Below, piece by piece: positions 50,601 through 62,727 of a DNA stretch of 64,000 nucleotides. Where the stretch lies: positions 43,146 through 107,145 of the forward strand of contig LSRY02000075.1 of the NCBI GenBank assembly GCA_001643675.2, read 5' to 3'. Under the pieces are notes generated by a model that made no database searches, was not told the DNA's origin, and worked only from the letters and a program-made list of their open reading frames with translations. The translations under genes and the position numbers were made by a program. The stretch comes from Monocercomonoides exilis PA203. Its lineage: Eukaryota; Protista; Preaxostyla. Positions within the stretch are counted from its first letter, which is position 1. Each line of letters begins with the position of its first letter.

Positions 50601-53600
50601 GAGTGGTGGCGATGGTGGAGCTGGTGATGGAAGAGAGGCTGAAGGGGGATGAGTGGTGTGTGTTCCATGTGGAGGGGAGTGGAGATCTGTCGGTGGATGA
50701 GTGCAGAGTGTGTGGAGATGTGTCAGTGGAGAAGGTGGGGTATGGGGTGTTCTGTGTGAGTGGAGGGGGTGTGACAGTGACGAATGTGGCGCTGGATGGG
50801 CTGGGGTTCACAGAGCGAGGGTTTGTGGAGGTGAGTGGGGAGACAGCGGAAGGGACGATTGTGGGGCTGAATGTGACGGGTGGGGCAGGGAGCAGAAAGG
50901 GGGTGATTGTGAGCAAAGGGGCGAAGAAGATGGAGGTGAAGAAGATGAATGCGAGCGGGGTGTGTGTGAGGGAAGGGAGCGGGGCAGTGATGGAAGCAGT
51001 TGTGAAGGATGGGTGCAGGCTGACAGTGGATGGGGGTGTGTTGGAAGGGTGTGTGAGAAAGGGGATGGGGGAGGGATGATGGTGGTGATGGAAGGCGGGG
51101 GGCGTGTGGAGGTGGGGAAGAGCGAGAGTGTGGGTTTTGAGGGGTGCAGTGCACAGAGGAAGGACGGGGCAGGAGGACATGGAGGAGGGATGATGATGAG
51201 AATAGAAGGGTCGGATGGAGACTTCAAGCTGGAGAGACTGAGGTTCAGCGGGTGCCAGGCGAGTGTTGGGGGAAGGAATGTGTTTGTGTGTGGGGAAGAC
51301 TTTTCGCGGGAGATCAAGAGAGCAAAGTTTGGGTTTGTGGAATCGTATGAGAACACAGAGGAGATTGGGGGTTATGAAGACGGGGACGAGACATGGGTGG
51401 TTCCGGTTGTTCTGTACTTGCGGGATGCCCCAGAGGAAATCCGGGTGGGGGGCGAGAGGAGCAGGGACTTTGGCCGATGTGGGTATGAAGGGTTTGAGTG
51501 CCAGTCAGTGGACTATGGGGTGGGGCTGTGGGGCAGAGGAGCAGGTGTGAATTGCGTGGTGACATCGCCTTCATGTGTGAAAGGAGAGATGGTTCTGGAA
51601 GAAGGAGAATACAGAATACGAGGAATGGGAGTGGGCAGTGAGGTGGAAATGATGCAGAGCGAGGGTGCTGGGGCAGAGGGCACTGTGGAGAGCAGCGCAC
51701 AAGTGACAATCGAAAAAGTGGTGTTTGTGGCTCCGGCGCAGAAAAAGGCGAAGGATGCGCTGATCCACACGACTGGTGGGGAGATCAACATCCGGTTGTG
51801 CTCGGTGGGTGTCTGCAGCGGCGGGAGCAGCGAGCAGAGCAGAGAGCTGAAGCACACGTTCCTGCGCGTCTCGGGTGGCCGGCTGGTGCTGGAGGAGTTC
51901 GAGCTCACAGCCATTGCCGCAGCATCGGTGCCAGTTGTTGTTGTTGAGGATTCAGGATGTGGGACGATTGAGCAGTGTCTGTTCAGTGGGGTGGGCAAGG
52001 CACATGCTGATGGGCTGATATTGCATGGTGCACAGGGGATGTGCGAAGTGAGCAACACGACGATGTCGGGGCTGTCCCTTTCAGAGGGGTGCGGGATATG
52101 TGACCGTGGGGGGAAAAACATGGTTGTGAGGAATTGCACGATGAGCGAGGTGACAACAACAAAGGGGAACGGATGCTGTGTGCGAGGAGTGGTGTCGGGG
52201 GGCTGTGCCCTGGAGATGTTTGATGTGCAGGTGGTGGGGTGCTGGACAGAGCGTGGGAATGGCGGAGGAATTCATGTGGAAATGGAGGGAGACGGCTGTG
52301 TGCAAGTTGGGAAAGTGGGGAAAGTGGGGATGAAGACATTGTTCGAAGGGTGCTGTGCAAGGGATGGGAATGAGATTGGGGGATATGGAGGCGGGGTGGC
52401 GCTGGTCAGCAAGGGGAACCTGTCGTCGTTTGTTGTTGCCGATGTTGTGTTTGGGGTGAACGAAAAGGCAAACCACGCATCGAAAGGCGGGGACAACGTG
52501 TTTGTCCGGGGAGAGAATCTGTCGCGGCTGATAACAGACGAGTCGATGCAGTTTGAGTTTGACCGAGAGACGAAGGCCACGTTCAGGGAACTGGAAGGGG
52601 AGGAGGTGGGGGAGGGAGGGGAGGTGAGCGCTTTTGTGCCGCTGGCTGTGTTTGTGGTGGAGTTCAGAGGAAGTGTGCATGTTGGGGAGAGAGCGGAGTG
52701 GATTATCGGATGTGCGGGCTGGAGGTGTATCCATGCTCGACAATCGGGTATGGGTGCGCGCTGAGGTTTGGGGCAGCACAGGCATCGGTGAGGCTGATGC
52801 CCACGTTTGTCTTCAACAGCAAGCTCACGCTGGCTGAGCGGAGCATCGAGTTTGAAGCAGCTGTGGCGGAAGAGGCCATCCAGATAGACACATCTGGGAT
52901 TGGGGCAGAGGGGTGGTTGGTCGAGACGAGCAGCACCATATCATTCTCGCGAATACACTTCTCGGTGAGTTCTTCAGGTGCCCGTTGCTCGAGTGCGGGG
53001 CTGAATCAGCACACCGATGTTGCAGCAGAAAGAGCGGAACACGAAGGGACGCCCAACACAGGTGGCCACAAATGTGTGTTTGTGTGTGCGGGGTCTTCGC
53101 TGACAATATGCAGCTGCTCGGTTCGGATGAAAACAGCAGATGCAGTGCTGGATGCACAGCTGATCAGATGTGTTGGGGGCACACTGAGCATCAGCGGGCT
53201 GAGCATGAGTTCGGTGACCACAAGAGAGCCGCTTGTGGTGATTGACGGAGATGAGTGTGCAGGGGTGATGGAGGGGCTGGAGATATATGGATCGAAAAAC
53301 GAAGAAGAAGGAGGAGGAGGCAGCCTGGTGGAGATAAAGCACACAAAGAAGGTGGAGCTGAAGCACTGGAGAATGAGCGGGTGTATGCAGGAGGACAGCA
53401 GTGGGCTGAAGATAAGTGGAGGGACGCTGGTTGAGGTGTGGAATGTGACGGTTGAGGAGCTGCAGAGGACGAGGGGGAATGGCGGGGTTGTGGTGTGCAT
53501 GGTTGGGGAAGGGGAGACAAGGAGAATGCGGAACTGCACGTTCTGGAACAGCAGCTGCGAGGAAAGCGGGTCGAAGGGAGGCGGGGTGTGGGTGAAGACA

Positions 53601-56600
53601 AGCGGAAGGAGCACGATGATTTTTGAGAAGAACAAGGTGGGGTGGTGCAAGACGCCGGGAGCGAGCGGAGTTGGGGGAGGGGTGTATTTGTGGTTTGGAG
53701 GGCTGGAGGCGGTGTACTCGATGAAGGATTTGGAGTTCAGCGAGAACAGTGCGTACCAAGGGCGGGATGTGTATGTGGTGTGCGAAAAGCCGCGGCTGAT
53801 GATGAATGCGATATACTGGAGCGGGACGGCGTCGAGCGAGGAGAGCAGCGAGGAGCAGAAGCGGCTGTGGGTGGTGGACAAGGAGCCTCACGAATATGTG
53901 AGCACAAGCCTGTTTGAGTACTTGTTTGCGAGTGTTGCAGAAATTGTGTTTGTGAACAAGGACGGGTGGAGCGAAAGCGAATGCGGGTTCGAGGACACGC
54001 CGTGCAGCAGTGTAGAAACGGGGCTTGGACAGATGGAAGCAGCGCAGTCGATCATCCACATCAAGAAGGAGGCGCCGCTGAACGGGACAGTGAACAGAGG
54101 GAGCGAGCCGCTGACGATCCGAGGGAACAGCGAGAAGGGGAAGATGAGCGTTGGGAGCGGAGCGCACCTGGAGGTGACAGAGGGTGTGGCACGAACAACA
54201 CTGATGCTGTCGAATGTTGTTGTTGCCCTTGGGGAAGGGCTGGCAGAGGCAGAATTGGTGGAGCTGAGGTGCGGGATGGCTGTGGTGATTGACAGCGAGA
54301 TTGTGGATGAGAGCGCAGCAGGGCAGGGAGGCGGGTGGAGGATCGCGTCGATACATGGGGGAGAGCTGGATATGAGCAGGGTGAACATCGGGAAGATGGA
54401 TGTGATTGGAGAAGGGGAATTGTTTTTGGTGTGTGGAGGGTCGCTGAAGATGGAGGACAGCTGTGCGAGTGGGGTGTGTGGGAGAGGGAATGGGATGATT
54501 GCTGGGAAGGAAGGAAGGATTGTGGAGATGTTGAATGTGAGCATTGCCGAATGCGATTTTGAGAGCGGGCATGTTGCGACAATTTGGAGCGGGATTGGGA
54601 ATGCAACGATATCAAACTGCACATTCACAGATTGCTCGTCGATGTCGGATGGTGCATGTGTGAGCGGAAAGATAGGAGGGGACATGGAGTTTTGTGTTGA
54701 AGAGACGGAAATGAGCGGATGCCGATGCACAAAGGAAGGAGAAGGAAAAGGGGGTGGGATGTTGATGGACATGAGGAGCGGGCGGGTGCAGAAGTATCTG
54801 GTGCGGGATGTCAGTTTTGAGGGAAACGATGCATGCTTTGGGAGAAATGTGTTTGTGGAGTGCTTGAGCCTGAACGAGAGTGTCACAGCAGACCGAATGG
54901 TGTTGAGGTGGGGCTCAGCGGAAGATGATGGGAACGGATATGTTGGGGCAGACAGCACATTTGAGCTGATCACGCTGGAGCTGTTTCTGGTCAGATACGA
55001 CGGCTGTGTGGTTGCTGTGTCGAATGCAGGATACGATATGATTGGGTGCGGAGGGGAGCAGTATCCGTGTTTTTCGTTCTGGCAAGGGTATCGGAACTTG
55101 GGAGCAGATTATGAAGAGCGGAAGATGGCTGTTGAGAACGGGTGCGAGATTGCAGGCGAGTTTGATGTTTCGGCGATGACAGTGGAATCATCCAGTGCAG
55201 AAGCAGAGGCTGCCTTATCGTTTTCGGAGCAGTGGGCAGACGGCCAGGTGGAATGGGTTCTGGGAACAAGCAGCAAAACTGTTCTGAGCCTGTTGCACTT
55301 GTGTGTGCCACAATCGCTAAGTGAGCCCCACAGAACACTGATATGCTGCACCGCACCATCTGGCGCATTGAACATCAGCCATTGCTCGTTTTCTGCAGAG
55401 CATGCAAAGTGCATATCGTTTTCGTTGATCACAGTGAACGGCGGGCACATGACGATGAGCGACTGCGCAATGGAGCACGTGACCGGAGCAGCACCGCCGA
55501 TTGTTTCGTGTGGCGACACGGCAATGTCGAAGTGCACAATAAAGGAGATCAAGTGCAGCGAGAGCAAGGAAGGAGGGGCTGTGCATGCAGTTTTGAAAGG
55601 AGACTGGAGACTTGTGATGAGCGAGTGCAAGATGAGCAGTTGCAGCTGCTCGGTGGAGGAAGGAAAAGGGGGTGGACTGTTTGTGGATGGAAGCGAATCG
55701 GAGGATGATGAGCCATTTTTGTTCACAGATGTTGAAGTGTCCCTGAATGCTGCACACATGGGTGTGAATGCGTTTGTTGTTGCGAGAGACCTGAACAGCT
55801 CGATAACGAGAGCAACGTTTGGGTTTAAGAGCAGCAGAGGGGAAGAAGAAGGGAACGACTTTGTGGGAAGGGATGGGGTGTTTGGGGAGACGGATCTGTA
55901 TCGGTTTGTGAGGGAGTACATGAGCACAGTGATGCACATCTCGTCAGTTGGGGGATACGATGTGATGCGGTGTGGGAGTGCAGCAGAGCCGTGCAGCACA
56001 TTCTGGATGGGGATGCAGAAGTTGGAGAAGGAGACGAAAATGAGATCGGTGAGGGTGCAGGGAGAGCTGAGGATTGCAGATGGATTTGATCTGACGAACT
56101 GCAGTGTCGAATGCGAGGGCAGCGCGGCAGGGGAAGATGCAGCATGCAACATGGTATTCGACTTGGAGGGAGACAGTGAGCGGGATGGTGTCATGTGCAA
56201 CAAGGGAGAGCTGGTGTTTGATGGAATATGCATGAGTGTGCAGAAGATGGGCGAGGAAAGGGAAGCAAATGTGGTTGTGAACGAGCAAGGCAGCCTTTGG
56301 ATTCGCAGATGCAAGATGACTTCGGCGAGCGCGGGAGAAGGCCAGCACAAGAGCCGGTTCAACTATGTGGCGATGCGAGAGGGGACACTGAATGTGGCAG
56401 GGCTCGAGGTGTGTGAAGTGAAGTTCGAAGGGTGTGTTGTGCAGGTTGGCGGTGGGTGTGATTGTGTTCTGGAGAATGTAGTTGTGAACTCGATTGGAAT
56501 GCAAAGTGGGTGTGTGCTCAGCGCGGTTGATGGGTCAGGAGCAGGAGTCAGCATGAACAGCAAGATAGGGGTGAGAGTGAACGGATCGAAAGTGTCGTCG

Positions 56601-59600
56601 GTGGGGGCAGAGGGAGAGAAAAGCAGTGTGGTGTGGTGTGGAGGGCAGGGGGTGTGGAGCGTGGAGGTATATGAAAGTGTGTTTGAGCTGTGCAAAGCAA
56701 GCGGCTCGCAAAACGGAGGGGCAGTGCTGTTTGGGCTGAACGAAGAAGGGAGGCTGACGATAAGGGACAGCACGCTGCTTCAGTGCAGCTGCAGCCTGGA
56801 CAGCGGGAGAGGCGGTGGCGTGTGCATCAGAACGAAGAACCACGGGGATCTTCCGTTTTTGTTTTCGCGGGTGGTGTTCAAGGGCAATGCAGCGCATGTG
56901 GGGAACGATGTGTTTATCGAGTGCTATCGGATCGATAAGCAGATCAACGAGAGCCAGTTCAAGATGGATGTGCAGGAAGGGGTGTACAACCGGATCAACG
57001 CGATCTACGGGATCGACACAGTGAGCACGAGCCCGGTGGATTTGGTGTCGCTGATTACTGTGCACTACTCTTCGACTGTGGTTGTGTCGTCGAGCAACGG
57101 CAAAGGGGCAAACACAAGGCAGTGTGGCGCGGCAGAGCTGCCATGCCGTTCGCTGGACTATGGGCTGGGCCACTTGTCAGGGGGCATGTTCTTGACGGCT
57201 GTTGTGGACGAAGAAAGTGCAGCAGGTGGGGAATGCGACCTGAGGGATGTGGAGCTGAAGTCCAGGTGGGAGACTCATTCGACGATATCATTTGACAGCA
57301 TCGCAACACAAACGCGCGAGCATGTGTTCAGCATCGATGGGAGAGTGGGGGTGAAGCTCATCCTGTTTTCGTATCCCGTGCCATTCCCGTCTGCACACGA
57401 AACTCTGATGCGGATAGGGATGGGGACTGTGTCTTTGGTGTTGTGCAGTTTTGAGTCGAGCAGTGGTATCTCAGAGGGGAGATGCATGACTTTGATGGAG
57501 TGCGAAAATACGAGATGCTCTTTTGATCAATGCAAGATAAGAAACACGAGGGCGCAAAAGCTGATTGCATGCCGGAACAGCTCGCTGAATGTGTCGCATC
57601 TTGCTGTGCAAAACACAGACATCGAGGCAGATGGGATAAGCGTGGCAGACGATGTTTCGATGATGCTGTTCAATTATTCGGCATCGCATGTGCGACTGAG
57701 AAGTGGATGCATGATGGTGATGGGCAGCCAGGTGCAAGGGCAAGGGCAAATACAAGGTGAGCAGAGCAATGGTGCAGATCACAACTTCTCGATCCTTTTC
57801 TCGTCATTCAGCAACATTTCCAGTGCTGCCCACAAGCAGAGCATTCTGTCCATGGCGAACAGCAACAATTGCATCTGTGTGGACAACTGCTTGTTCGATT
57901 CATGTTCATCATCATCATTTCGTATTCGGAAGTTTCTTCATCGGCTTCAAATATTGGAACAGTGATGTCATTTGTATCATGCACAAACATTGTGTGCTCG
58001 AGTTGTGTTGTTGATGGGGGATGGAGCAACGAAGCACAAGGGAGCCCTCTTGAGCAAGGGGAGGAGGTCTGCTGGTGGAACGGATCGCAGATTTGTGGGG
58101 TCAACAGCACAGTTGTGGTGAAGGACTCGACAATCTGCAACTCAGAGGCTGGGGCGCTATCTGTTGCAGGGGGAAGTGCAACGATCGAAAGAGGGGAGTT
58201 TTGGAACAACAAGGGGAGTTCTGCGAAATATGTGTCAGCTCGGCGGAATGTGGTGTGCACAGAAGGTGGGAGAGTGGATGTGGTGAGTCTGAAAGGAGGA
58301 GATGGGTGGAAGGAAGATGACTCGCTGTGGGTGGTGGGAGAGGGGTGCCAGATGGGAGGGCTCGCCTCGGAAAGGAAGTCGGCATTCTTCATCCCACATC
58401 TGAGGGAGGTGGAAACAGAGGAGACAGGAGAGGTGGGAGGCATGGTGGAGCTGAGGTTCAAGGGGTGGGTGCTGCTGCCGTGCTCTCTGGGGTTTGAGGT
58501 GGTGGGAGTGGTGGGGATGTGGAGTATGTGGAGAAGCACATGTTTGAGGAAGAGGATTTCGAGAGCGAAAGGGAGGTGAGGCACTGGGCAGAAATGGAGA
58601 AGGTGGGATGGGGAGGAGAGGAGGCAGAGGTGAGGGTGAGCATTCTGTTTGGGAACATGTCTGCGCCGTCGCACACAGAGGCATTCATTTTGCAGAACAA
58701 GAGTGAGCCGAAAGGAAATGGAGACGAAAGGACTGTTGAAGGAGGAAATGGAAAGTTTTCTTCTTCAACCGTGATAATAATTATTTTGGTTGTAATTTTA
58801 TTTATTGTTCTCATCGTCGCAATATCCTTTATTGTTCGTTGGAAAAAGCAAAAGAGAAGAACAAAAGAGCTTGAAGTGATTGTGGAAGACACAGTGAGGA
58901 AAGATCCGAAGGCGTTTGAAATGGTGACGATGGAGATGTCTCCTGAGGAGCAGTGGAGGAGAGCAGAGAGGGAGGCAGAGAAGAAGAACGATGAAAGGAT
59001 CAAGAAGAGGGTGTATGAGAAAAGCTTGGGGCATTCCGAATCATCAGAACATTTGCTGAGTGAGTGTGGCTCCACAGAATACATTTTGGGAAGAGATTCA
59101 GACAAGATCCCTCAATGGATGCTGGAGAAGGTTGATGAGGAAGAAGATGATATATCGAGGAAGAGAACACCATCGCCATCCATTTCATCCACTTCTACCA
59201 CAGACACATTAGACACAGAATCCACATTTGTTCGATCGGAAAGTCTGTGCCCAACCACATCGTCGATGTCGAATCTGGTGGATGCAATGGCCTGCTCGTC
59301 TCCCCATGAGAAGCTGATTGTGGATCTGAGGGATTCATTGTTCATGCTTCTTCATGGGAAAAATGAGAAGAAAGAGATGGCAATCGGAACTCTCCAGGAG
59401 AGGGAGGTGACGGCTGCTCAGATCCTGTTCTGGGTGGCCAATCTTGCACTCCACTCGTTTGATGAAATGAACAATCCACTTCAATCTCTTACCAATCTGA
59501 GTCCCCACATTGTGTTGTTCTCAGAACATATGGTCATCTGCATTGCCCTCCACTCCGACTGCTCTTCTTCAGATTCTGGTTCATCCTCCATCTCTTCGTC

Positions 59601-60186
59601 AACTGTTGTCACATCAACAAGTGATGATGATGACAGAGACTCTCTGCCCTCATCGGCATTTGAGGATGAGGAAGACAGCAGAAAGGAGTGGATGAGGTGG
59701 AAGGCGCCAGAGCTGCTGAATGGAACAAGGAAGCATGCGACGAAGAAGACGGTTGTGTTTTCTGTTGGGATGATGGTGTGGGAGTGTGTGACGCTGCAGA
59801 TCCCGTTTGGGGAGTGTTCGGGAGAGGCAGCAGGGAGCATGATTGTGCGAGGAGAGAAGGTGGGGATGGGTGTTGCGAAGGGGTCGCGTGTGAGAGGGGT
59901 TGTGGGTGGGTGCCTGCGTTATGAGGCAGAGGATCGGATGACGCTGGGAGATGTGAAGCGGGAGCTGATCAAACTGTTCCCTCCGGGTGCAGCAGTGCTC
60001 ACGATGACAGATGCGATCGGGTACGAAGAGGAGTCGGAGGAGGCCTGCAGCACCAGCTTGGCCATCATGGCCAGTGGAGCCAGCATGAACAGCACGACAT
60101 GCATGACCAGCATGACAGACATTGGCAACAGATCCAGAGACATGAAGAAGCAAGAGGAAGTGAAGGATGAGGCGAATGGCAAATGA
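47624..60186 (+). CDS. Giant surface receptor pseudokinase, copy 3 (~4150 aa; 8 modules), split into five ORFs by four simple-repeat frameshifts
   Basis: ORFs 47624..51079, 50701..52764, 52698..57965, 57869..58579 and 58519..60186 join at (GT)n ~51050, G4 ~52685, T3 ~57919 and G4 ~58515. Same module motifs; TM VIIIILVVILFIVLIVAISFIVRW; cytoplasmic tail nearly identical to copies 1/2. The likely start is Met at 47710. Confidence 0.82.
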
Positions 60187-62727
60187 TGAGGAGAGCAGAG
60201 CAGAGCAGAGCAGAATAATGAAATAAAAAAATAAGACAAGAGGAGTTGGAGCATTCATTGGAAAACTTTGAACGTGTTCAACATTTTTGAACAGCACAGA
60301 AATAGAGTTGATTCAGAAAAAGAAAAAAGAAAAAGAAAAAGAAACCCTGGTGCAGACAACACAATGGCCATTGGAGGACGAGTGAAGCCAGAAGGCTTCT
60401 CTGAACCCGTGGGAGCAATGATTGGTTGTTGCCCGTTGTGTTGTGGATGCTTGGCCAGGTGCATGCTGCATGCTGCATGCTGGGAAAAGCGGCAATGCCC
60501 ACATGGCCGAACACTGATCAGCACAGCATTGCTTCGGACAAAACATTTCATATTCCATTTTCAGTTGTTGTTGGAATAATTTTGTTTATTTTATATGTGT
60601 ATTTTTGTATGGTTGTATCCATATTCACAATATGAAGCATTTGCAGGATGGGACAAGAACTGCCCAGTTGCTGCTGTTTCATTTCCTCTCTTTTTTTTTT
60701 TTTTTTCCATTTCAAAGAAAAACAAGAAGAAAACTCGATATTCAGCATCTGTAAAAGCAGTCGAAGTCATTCATAATTTTGTGGTGCTTGGTGTCTGGAA
60801 TGCCCATTGACCACGAAAGAAGCACGGGGAGGGCAAAAGACTTGGACGTATTTGCTGGAGAGCTGTTGTTCTGCTGTTCGGGTGCTGTCAGCCAAGTCTG
60901 TTTCTGAGTAGCCGGGCAAGGCTCAACACATCCCCACAAAAGTTGGGAAAGATATTTTCTGCATCTTGTCTCCTCCTGATGAATGGCCATCATCAGTCGT
61001 CCAACTGCTTCAAATACCGTTCCAATCAAGAATGCAATCGAATTAACATGAGAAAGAAAGAAATATTCTTTTATTGGCATTTCTTCTTCTTCTTCTTTTT
61101 TTTTCCCAGCTGAGAGAAGATATTCTTTTTCCAAAGCAGGGAAACATCTTGTTGTTTGTGCCATTGCACACACACACATACACACAAAATTGTGAGTTGT
61201 TGAATCTGTGGTTGATTGTGTTTGCCTCAATGAGCTTCCTGTCAAAGGCCACTGAGCGTTGGAATGCCAGATGAATGTGAATGATTGCTGCGTTTGTTGA
61301 TTTTGTGGGAGTTGTATCGCTAACACAATGGAACAAATGCTCATTGCCAAGCAAAATTAGCACACACAATAAATATGGATTGAAATATTAAGGATTTGTG
61401 ATGGTCCCCAATGGTATTGATTAGTGTGTCAATGGCTTTTATCGCTTCTGAGGGGAAAAAAACATTGGCAAAATCTTGTTATTCCATTTCTTCAACTGAA
61501 AAGACAATTTGACAAAGAATTTTCAATGTGGGATAAGAACATCTTCCTCAACAGTCAATGTGTTTGTTATTATATCACAACTAATAATAGGCTGAAAAAT
61601 GTTCTTCCAATGACAGCATTTGTCAGTGGAAACACATTCAAAAAACACCACATTTTGCCACATATGCCCACAACAAGGAAGTGCAGTTGAACTTCGATCT
61701 CAACTGTTTGAGGGCAATCACCAACATATGTGAGCAATACTTTTATTTGTCTCCTTTTTTCATTGGGGCACTTGTTCTTATTTATTTTTTTATTCAAATC
61801 ATTTCAAACAATAAAAAAAAATTTTTTTTGAAATTATTTGTGATTTTTAATAAAAGCTGGACTTTGACAAAATCTTTTTATATCAAAAAAGATGAAAATA
61901 TCTCTTTTGAAGAAATAACTGAAAATTTTCCAGTCTTGTCTTTTTGATCGATAATTTTCTTGTTTATTTTTTTTTTCTTATCGAAAAACGTCTGAGGCAA
62001 AAATATAGCACTTCAATCATTTTCTTCAAAATTAACTGCACTGTGGATAAACTTTTTGGGTAATTTGAAATAAATAAAAAAAACCCGTTTGATGGATTGG
62101 TTTTTTTATAAAAAATATATAATGAATGTGACAAATCAACAAAATTACTGCATCAATGGTGTTTTCAAACAAATGGGACAAAATTTGATTGATTCACTGC
62201 AGTTTGTTGGTGTTGCCATTTTATTGAAGGAAATGACACGTTTATGCATCAAGAAAAGAAGATTGAAAATCCATTTCCTCTTCCAACATATTTATTGTTG
62301 TGTCTTCCTATTTCACACTGATTTTTTGTTATTCTTTGCTTGATTCTTTTCATGTTTGGTGATTGTTTTTGAAATCATAACTGTTTTCGGAATGTGGATA
62401 ATTTGTTCTATCTCTTTTATGATGAGCACCTTTTTTTTTTTGAATTCTAAATATTCAATTCACTGAATTCATAGTTGCAACAAACAAACAAACAAGTGTT
62501 CAACAAAATCCACAATGTTTTGCATTCACTTCAGGGAAAGAAACATTTGTGAAATATCATCAGACAATTATTGTTATAGTTTTTCTGTTTGAATAATAAT
62601 GAATATAACAATATTTGACAATCTCATCATTTGTCTCAAAAATTCAAGAACACTTCTTCCCACTTCGTTTTTCTTTTTTTGATTTTAATTACAATTCATA
62701 ATACCTGTATATGACTTCGTTATTTTG
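58895..62727 (+). repeat. Third copy of the conserved cassette (cytoplasmic tail coding region + ~2.5 kb 3' flank), paralogous to ~8565-12800
   Basis: Near-identical from RKDPKAFEMVTMEMSPEEQW through the 3' non-coding region; lacks the 361 bp MITE. Confidence 0.95.

Noticed and set aside
49420-58684. Numerous long Pro/His/Ser/Thr-rich minus-strand ORFs (up to 532 aa)
   Set aside because: Antisense shadows of the G-rich coding strand of gene 3; no independent motifs.
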